In this document: one piece after another, positions 49,192 to 54,845 of the stretch
How positions within the stretch are numbered: position 1 is the first letter of the stretch
How the letters are laid out: each line of letters opens with the position of its first letter
Source of the DNA: an uncultured Candidatus Competibacteraceae bacterium
GTDB taxonomy: Bacteria; Bacteroidota; Bacteroidia; CAIKAF01
Length of the DNA stretch: 54,845 nt
Direction of reading: 5' to 3'
NCBI GenBank assembly: GCA_964473995.1
Contig: CAYYRB010000007.1
Coordinates: 5,605 to 60,449, forward strand
Notes under the pieces: model-generated
Databases searched by the model: none
The model's input: the letters and a program-made list of their open reading frames with translations, nothing else
Told to the model about the DNA's origin: nothing
Made by a program: the position numbers and the translations under genes

Positions 49192-50229
49192 CTATTGGCT
49201 CTTTCGGTTGAGCCTTTCCTGTTTTTTCTTTTCTTTTTCCAATTCCCGCTCCTTACGTTCGCGGCTGCTACCCACCTTAATCAGGTTCACCGTAATGTAA
49301 TCATCAGGATGATCGGTGATGTCCTGAACAAGCACATTCATTTTTACGAGAACCGAGTCGGCCCGGTGAAGAAGTTCCTTACTTCCAAGCAACTCTCCCA
49401 GCGTACCCTCTCCCCTGTTTACGCGGGTAAGCAACGTATCCACCTCCGTCATCACGCGGTTGAAGGAATTTACCGTGGAGGCGATGTTGGCCTGTTTCAG
49501 AGAATCGGAAACCGCACTGAAGTTGCGTATGATGTTACGGATGTCTTTGTTGCTTTTACGCACAGTGCCTGAGATAGAATCAACATTCGTGATAATATTG
49601 GATATCTTTGGTTTCTCAGAAGATATCAGGCTGTTTACCTGACTGATGGCCAACTCAATTCCCTGAATCGACTTACGCAGACTGGTAATACCCGAACTGA
49701 TATTACCCATCCCTTCGTCATCAAAAACACTTTTGAATGCCGTAACCACGGTATCTACCGATCCGATCAGGTTCTCCACTTTGGCTTTAAGCGGAGCAAT
49801 CATTTCATTCACCTGCTCCTGTAAACCTGCTTCAATTTCGGAACGGAGTGTATCGCCGGATTCGGCCAGGGCCGAACTTCTGCCGGGCACGATGATGATT
49901 TCATTGCCACCCAGAATACCGGAACTCACGATACGGGCCCTGGAATCCTTGGGAAACTTGTACTCTTTATTGTCAATGCGAAACTGTACCAACAATTCAC
50001 CTTTGGTGCTTTCCGGCAAAAAGCCGATTTCAGTCACCTGACCGATTTTAAACCCGTTCACTTTCACCGGACTGGAGACAGTAAGCCCGCTGACCGTTTG
50101 ATATTTTGCGTAGAATGTTTTGCTTCTCGAAAAAAGATTGGAACCCTTAAGCACATTAAAGCCCCAGACCGCACCGGCCAAGGCCAACAAAACCACGATT
50201 CCGATTTTCGTTTCTCTACTTAATTTCAA
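49192..50229 (-). CDS. MlaD/MCE-family protein
   Basis: N-terminal TM (ETKIGIVVLLALAGAVWGF), MCE domain VSGLTVSSPVKVNGFKIGQVTEI and a helical C-terminus. Confidence 0.8.
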   Translation of the reverse strand: MKLSRETKIGIVVLLALAGAVWGFNVLKGSNLFSRSKTFYAKYQTVSGLTVSSPVKVNGFKIGQVTEIGFLPESTKGELLVQFRIDNKEYKFPKDSRARIVSSGILGGNEIIIVPGRSSALAESGDTLRSEIEAGLQEQVNEMIAPLKAKVENLIGSVDTVVTAFKSVFDDEGMGNISSGITSLRKSIQGIELAISQVNSLISSEKPKISNIITNVDSISGTVRKSNKDIRNIIRNFSAVSDSLKQANIASTVNSFNRVMTEVDTLLTRVNRGEGTLGELLGSKELLHRADSVLVKMNVLVQDITDHPDDYITVNLIKVGSSRERKERELEKEKKKQERLNRKSQ

Positions 50230-50256
50230 GGTGTCTGAGCGTAAAGTGGGACAATA

Positions 50257-51486
50257 TTACTCTTTTTTATCCAAAATACCTACTGCTTCTTTTACCGACA
50301 CTCTGCCCCCCTGATAAAAGGCCACCACAAAAGCATCCGGGTAGCCGATTTTCCGCATCCTGTCCTGTAAATTTTTCATTGCTTCAAGCGACTTGCTTTC
50401 CCCGCAGGTGTATGCATATCCGTTGGCTGTTTTATACCACCACAACGATTCTACATTCCTGAATTTTTCAGAGGGCCGGCTTACCTGAGGACCTGAGTAG
50501 ATCTGGACACGGAACACAACCTCCCCCTTTTTTTCCGATTCCAAAGCCTGAGTTCCCGAATGTTCATGGCCATCAGACTGATTGGGATTCCCCCCATCTT
50601 CTTGCTTTTTCTCTCCATCCGAAATCAGCGGATAATAAGCCGTACCCTCCACCTCATTTTTATAATCAACAAATGCCTTAAAAATAGACATGGCCATCTG
50701 TCGCTGACTTTCAGCCGTCATCAGGTATTTTTCCTCCTGCCGGTTGGTGAGAAAGCCCGTTTCAATAAGAACGGCGGGCATAGCCGTTTTCCACAAAACC
50801 AAAAAACCTGCCTGTTTCACTCCTCTGTCATAGCGCCCGGCTTCACTCCGAAAATAACGCTGCACCTTGGCTGCAAAAGAAAGACTGCGGTTGAGATAGG
50901 TATTTTGATAAAGAGAAAAGATAATGTTTCCTTCAGGAGAGTTTATGTCAAAACCTTCGTAGTGCTGTTTATAATCAGGCTCCAACAGCACGGCCTCGTT
51001 TTCCCGTTTGGCTACGGCCAGGTTGGCTTCTGATTTGTGAAGACCCAGAACGAAAGTTTCCGATCCGTTGGCCTCTTGCGGTCCGGCATTGCAATGAATG
51101 CAAATAAATAAATCGGCATTGGCCTGATTGGCTATTTCGGCCCTGCGGTGAAGCTCCACAAACACATCGGTTTTCCGCGTGTAAACCACTTTTACGTCGG
51201 GCAGATGCGTTTCGATAAAATCACCTAATTTCAAGGAAATAGCCAGAGCGATGTTCTTTTCATAGACCGACGCTCCCTGACAACCCGAATCATGCCCCCC
51301 GTGACCGGGGTCGATACACACCGTTTTTACTTTGTCTTTCAGCGGCAATAAAGCACGAGCTAAGCCGTTTAGGTAGGCGCTTGCATTGAGCTTTACCGAG
51401 AAAATGAAAAACAGAACAAGAATCCATCTGCCCAAAACAGAAGAACTGTTCCATGGTTTATGTGTAGTTTTGACGCGCTCGTTCAT
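50257..51486 (-). CDS. N-acetylmuramoyl-L-alanine amidase with C-terminal SPOR-like domain
   Basis: Amidase_3 motifs CIDPGHGGHDSG, DLFICIHCNA and ETGFLTN. C-terminal segment: VFRVQIYSG...GYPDAFVVAF. Confidence 0.85.
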   Translation of the reverse strand: MNERVKTTHKPWNSSSVLGRWILVLFFIFSVKLNASAYLNGLARALLPLKDKVKTVCIDPGHGGHDSGCQGASVYEKNIALAISLKLGDFIETHLPDVKVVYTRKTDVFVELHRRAEIANQANADLFICIHCNAGPQEANGSETFVLGLHKSEANLAVAKRENEAVLLEPDYKQHYEGFDINSPEGNIIFSLYQNTYLNRSLSFAAKVQRYFRSEAGRYDRGVKQAGFLVLWKTAMPAVLIETGFLTNRQEEKYLMTAESQRQMAMSIFKAFVDYKNEVEGTAYYPLISDGEKKQEDGGNPNQSDGHEHSGTQALESEKKGEVVFRVQIYSGPQVSRPSEKFRNVESLWWYKTANGYAYTCGESKSLEAMKNLQDRMRKIGYPDAFVVAFYQGGRVSVKEAVGILDKKE

Positions 51487-51519
51487 ACTTCAAAAGTAGT
51501 GGTAAACCTAAAGGTCGCG

Positions 51520-54126
51520 ATGAATCGGTATAACGCATTTTTCAGCATGTTATTTTTGATAACTCTGAATTTGCAGACGGTCTGTGCCCAGGTAAATCCA
51601 CAGAAGCTGACTCCCGACAGTACTTCCGAAAAGTCGCTTATCCTGCCGTCCGACTCGCTGGAAAAGGCAGGAATCACACCGCGAAAGAAGAAATTCCTCG
51701 AAAGCCTAGTCACGTATTCGGCAAAAGACTCCATCATTCTTTCGGCGGCAAAAAAGAAAATTTATCTGTTCGGGCAGGCCGAGATTACCTACTCCACCAT
51801 TAACCTGAAGGCCTATTACATAGAAATAGATCTGGATAAGAAAACTCTCACCGCCAAAGGGCTCTATGATTCGCTGGATGCCGCATGGACAGGAAGGCCG
51901 GTTTTTACCGATAAAGACAAAACGTTCACCTCCGAGGAGCTCAGTTACAATTTCGTGACCAAAAAAGGACTGGTAAAAGCAGTGATTACCCAGGAAGGAG
52001 AAGGATATCTGCATGGTGAACGGGTAAAATATACCAATCAGTTTCTCAAAAGAGATACCGTGCAGGTGATTTATGTGAAAGGCGGAAAATACACCACCTG
52101 TAATCTGGAAGATCCGCATTTCCACATCAGCGCCCGAAAAATCAAGGTCATTCCAAATGATAAAATCGTAACGGGACCCGCCAATCTGGTAGTGGAAAAA
52201 GTACCCACTCCGTTGTTTCTGCCATTCGGTTATTTTCCCACCAATACGCAAAAAAAATCAGGCATTTTGTTTCCTCAGTATGGTTTTCAACCCGCTTTCG
52301 GATTCTTTTTGCGCGAAGGCGGTTTTTATTGGGCGGCCTCTCCCAAAGTTGATCTCGCACTGACGGGAAGTGTTTTCACCAACGGCAGTTTCGGGGTAGG
52401 CCTACGAACAAATTACAAAGTTCGTTATAAAGTGTCCGGTGGAATCGCCATCAACTATGCCAATTCTGTTTTCGGAACCGATCCTAAACTTCCCGATTAC
52501 CGCCGACAGAACGAATGGCGCATAAACTGGCAGCATCAGCAGGATCCAAAATGGCTTCCGGGACTCAGTTTCAAATCGGATGTAAATATTGTGACCAACG
52601 GTTTCAATAAATTCAACCAAGCCGATATCACCCAATTCGTACAAAACACTTTTCAATCCAACATTTCCGTTGCTTATTCCATACCGAAAACTCCCTTTAA
52701 TATCTCGGTAAACCTACGTCACGAGCAAAATACGGTTACGCACCGGGTAAATCTTACGCTGCCCGAAATCATCTGGACCACCAACCGTTTTTTTCCCTTC
52801 AAAAATCGGAAACGCACCACACCGTCCAAATGGTGGCAACAGATCTGGGAAGGCATAGGCATCACACACCGCACCGATTTCGGAAACCGCATCATCACCA
52901 CCGACACCACCTTCGGAAAGGACATAAACAACCTATTCCGGGGCAGGATTACCAACGGAATGAAACATTCCTTTCAGGCAAACAACAGCTTCAAATTGTT
53001 TAAATACATCAACTTCAACCCTGCCCTAAACTACGTGGAATACTGGCGATTCAACAGCCTGGATAAACGCTGGGATAACACCACACAGCAGACCGTTACC
53101 GACACCCTGCGGGGATTTTTTACCGATCGGGAATGGGATGTACGGGCCGATTTGAGTACCAACATTTTCGGATTCTTCACGTTCAAAAAAGGAAAAATTA
53201 AAGCCATCCGGCATGTGTTCACACCGAGTATTTTCTTTAATTACAATCCCGATTTTGACCGCCGCGTATTCGGCTACTTTCAGGCAAACGGTTCACTGGG
53301 AAGCTACCGTCCTGCGGATATTTCCCTCTACGGAGGTCCTTCGCGCGGACCCGCGGGACTGATCGGATTCTCGCTGAACAACAACCTTGAAATGAAAGTG
53401 GCATCGGCAAAGGATACACTCACTGGGGAAAAGAAAGTAAAGATTTTCGACTTCTTCAACATTTCGGGTGCGTACAACCTGATCGCCGATTCCTTGAATC
53501 TGCAGCCTTTTTCTCTGCAATTTCGAAACTCCTTTTGGGATAACCGCATCAGCATCGTATTCAGTTCTCGACTTGACCCTTATGCGCTCCGGTTAGATTC
53601 CCTCGGGCGCGGTACACGCATCAATAAATTCCTGCTGAAGGAAAACGGAAAACCGCTTCGGCTTACTGAGTTGAATTTGAACGTCACCTGTAACCTGGTA
53701 GGAAAACCGCGCGATAAAAGATCAGTAAATCAAAACCTCACCACACCCGAAGAGCAGCAAATGGTACAAATGAATCCGGGGGATTTCCTTGATTTTAACA
53801 TCCCCTACAACCTTTCACTCTCCTACAATTTCTCGTACATCAACCCGTTGAATGAACGAAACATCATTAATAACATTCAGGTACGCGGCGATATTTCCAT
53901 CACACGCAATTGGAAAATCGACTTCTCTTCGGGATTTGACTTCATCAACCTGAAGCCCACATTAACCAATATCGGAATCAGCCGAAATTTACATTGCTGG
54001 CAGATGGATTTCAATTGGGTTCCCTTCGGCACCATTGCCCAGTATGTATTCACCATCCGAGCCAAATCCAGCCTGTTGCAGGATTTAAAGTTAAACCGCC
54101 GCCGCACCTGGGCCCCGGCATTATAA
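51520..54126 (+). CDS. Bacteroidota-type LptD-like outer-membrane LPS-assembly protein
   Basis: ATG 51520 gives the signal MNRYNAFFSMLFLITLNLQTVCAQ. An OstA-like N-terminal region (LFGQAEITYSTINLKAYYIEIDLDKKTLTAKG) is followed by a long beta-barrel-like body. It is divergent from the amidase gene. Confidence 0.7.
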   Translation: MNRYNAFFSMLFLITLNLQTVCAQVNPQKLTPDSTSEKSLILPSDSLEKAGITPRKKKFLESLVTYSAKDSIILSAAKKKIYLFGQAEITYSTINLKAYYIEIDLDKKTLTAKGLYDSLDAAWTGRPVFTDKDKTFTSEELSYNFVTKKGLVKAVITQEGEGYLHGERVKYTNQFLKRDTVQVIYVKGGKYTTCNLEDPHFHISARKIKVIPNDKIVTGPANLVVEKVPTPLFLPFGYFPTNTQKKSGILFPQYGFQPAFGFFLREGGFYWAASPKVDLALTGSVFTNGSFGVGLRTNYKVRYKVSGGIAINYANSVFGTDPKLPDYRRQNEWRINWQHQQDPKWLPGLSFKSDVNIVTNGFNKFNQADITQFVQNTFQSNISVAYSIPKTPFNISVNLRHEQNTVTHRVNLTLPEIIWTTNRFFPFKNRKRTTPSKWWQQIWEGIGITHRTDFGNRIITTDTTFGKDINNLFRGRITNGMKHSFQANNSFKLFKYINFNPALNYVEYWRFNSLDKRWDNTTQQTVTDTLRGFFTDREWDVRADLSTNIFGFFTFKKGKIKAIRHVFTPSIFFNYNPDFDRRVFGYFQANGSLGSYRPADISLYGGPSRGPAGLIGFSLNNNLEMKVASAKDTLTGEKKVKIFDFFNISGAYNLIADSLNLQPFSLQFRNSFWDNRISIVFSSRLDPYALRLDSLGRGTRINKFLLKENGKPLRLTELNLNVTCNLVGKPRDKRSVNQNLTTPEEQQMVQMNPGDFLDFNIPYNLSLSYNFSYINPLNERNIINNIQVRGDISITRNWKIDFSSGFDFINLKPTLTNIGISRNLHCWQMDFNWVPFGTIAQYVFTIRAKSSLLQDLKLNRRRTWAPAL

Positions 54127-54420
54127 AACAGGATTATTTTTTTCTCCGCTCTCATTCTCATTATCACTCTGATTCCAGCTTTTGGATCTTGGCTCTTTTT
54201 GCGTCCTTTATCCTTGTTCTTTTGTCCTTTGTCTGAAAATAAAGTTTTCAGGGCTACGCCCCTTTTTACACTACCGGCCAATCCGAGCTACTGAGATTTC
54301 AGCGCTGCGCGCCTCAAGATTTTTCGATTGTTTTTATGCTTGAATGTTCATTTGTTGTAACAGAATCCACTCCTGATACTTGATACCTGCTACCCTTTTT
54401 TGATATCTTGACAAGGTCTA

Positions 54421-54497
54421 ACTACCCAATACCAAATACTCACTACCTTCTGCCTATTGCCTAATAAAAGAGCCAAGAATCAAGAGCCAAGACAATT
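54421..54497 (+). repeat. Eleven in-register heptamers
   Basis: actaccc|aatacca|aatactc|actacct|tctgcct|attgcct|aataaaa|gagccaa|gaatcaa|gagccaa|gacaatt. Confidence 0.8.
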
Positions 54498-54501
54498 TCG
54501 C

Positions 54502-54540
54502 TGCCCTGTCCCGAGGATAAATGTCGGGACTCGAAGGGCA
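54502..54540. other. 13-bp interrupted stem-loop embedded between heptamer arrays
   Basis: TGCCCT-GTCCCGA (54502-54514), loop ggataaatg, TCGGGAC (54524-54530), bulge tcga, AGGGCA (54535-54540). Confidence 0.7.
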
Positions 54541-54582
54541 AGAACCAAGATGCAAGAGTAAAAGGCCTATTACCTGAAAACC

Positions 54583-54660
54583 GATAACAATAAACAATTG
54601 AACAATCAAACAATTGAACAATCACCTCCCTTCTGCCTTTTCCCTATTGCCTTTTGCCTA
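54583..54660 (+). repeat. A/C-rich dispersed repeat module, copy 3
   Basis: gataacaa (as in copy 2), then acaattga|acaatcaa|acaattga|acaatcac. It contains aatcaaacaat (54604-54614), followed by C/T-rich heptamers. Confidence 0.5.
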
Positions 54661-54686
54661 TTGCCTTCTGCCTATTGCCTTCTGCC
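54631..54686 (+). repeat. Eight tandem heptamers, consensus TWYTGCC
   Basis: ttctgcc|ttttccc|tattgcc|ttttgcc|tattgcc|ttctgcc|tattgcc|ttctgcc. Confidence 0.85.
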
Positions 54687-54708
54687 TAAAATACCAAATC
54701 GGCCGATC

Positions 54709-54845
54709 CTATGGTACCGAAATCGAAACCGGCAATACTTTGCCACTGAAAAATTGATATCCGTTGAGAGCAAAATCGGCTACAAAAACGGCCATTTCTT
54801 CAGGATCAATAGGCGCCTTATAGCCGGGGAATGCCTCAGACAACA
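54709..54845 (-). CDS. C-terminal fragment of an unidentified protein (5' part beyond the window)
   Basis: Hand translation of the minus strand gives ...LSEAFPGYKAPIDPEEMAVFVADFALNGYQFFSGKVLPVSISVP, ending at TAG (54711..54709). It is not in the ORF track because the start is off-window. Confidence 0.55.
   Translation of the reverse strand, partial: LSEAFPGYKAPIDPEEMAVFVADFALNGYQFFSGKVLPVSISVP

Larger units (their letters stand above)
54127..54708. repeat. Non-coding mosaic of degenerate 6-, 7- and 8-nt tandem repeat blocks between convergent genes
   Basis: Blocks read directly. 6-mers tcattc|tcatta|tcactc|tgattc at 54152-54175. 7-mers tccttta|tccttgt|tcttttg|tcctttg at 54204-54231. ctgatac|ttgatac|ctgctac at 54373-54393. 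11 in-register heptamers at 54421-54497. 8-mers at 54594-54625. 8 heptamers at 54631-54686. Confidence 0.85.

Noticed and set aside
53877-54281. 134-aa minus-strand and 80-aa plus-strand ORFs reaching into the repeat spacer
   Set aside because: Both overlap the LptD-like gene 3' end. Their translations across the repeat blocks are low-complexity (K/R/G-rich), with no coding support.
54594-54686. Tandem repeats that might be taken for a CRISPR array
   Set aside because: The units are 7-8 nt, degenerate and directly abutting with no spacers. No cas genes are in the window.

Overview
This window reads as a chromosomal, mostly core-genome segment of a Bacteroidota bacterium. Evidence for the phylum is a T9SS C-terminal sorting domain, an S46 peptidase, a Bacteroidota-type LptD-like protein, TAnnTTTG-type promoter boxes and little Shine-Dalgarno signal. 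I call about 45 CDS, two of them partial at the window edges and absent from the ORF track. They cover envelope biogenesis (lpxB, LptF/G, LptD-like, TamB-like, MlaD, amidase, M23, M15, GT2/GT4), periplasmic chaperones (three SurA/PpiD-like genes), nucleotide and tRNA housekeeping (guaB, tadA, tsaD, surE, recN, ABC-F), and a few orphans. I found no rRNA, tRNA, CRISPR array, transposase, integrase or recognisable defence gene set. I cannot honestly point to a clear novel multi-gene system. The most unusual signals are non-coding. (1) A 582-bp spacer between convergent genes (54127-54708) is built from blocks of degenerate 6/7/8-nt tandem repeats plus stem-loops. (2) A related A/C-rich repeat module sits on both sides of a lone HTH-Fic gene. 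(3) A 452-bp spacer between a GT2 gene and a divergent LysR gene contains an extremely AT-rich tract, a 14-bp inverted repeat, and stem-loops ending in a canonical intrinsic terminator only 23 nt before the GT2 start codon. On the protein side, the best leads are a membrane Fe-S / CCG-domain / unknown-protein trio embedded in an envelope operon, and the class-II Fic fused to an XRE HTH. ORF-track coordinates include the stop codon and use ATG/GTG/TTG starts, and I shortened several N-termini to internal ATGs.
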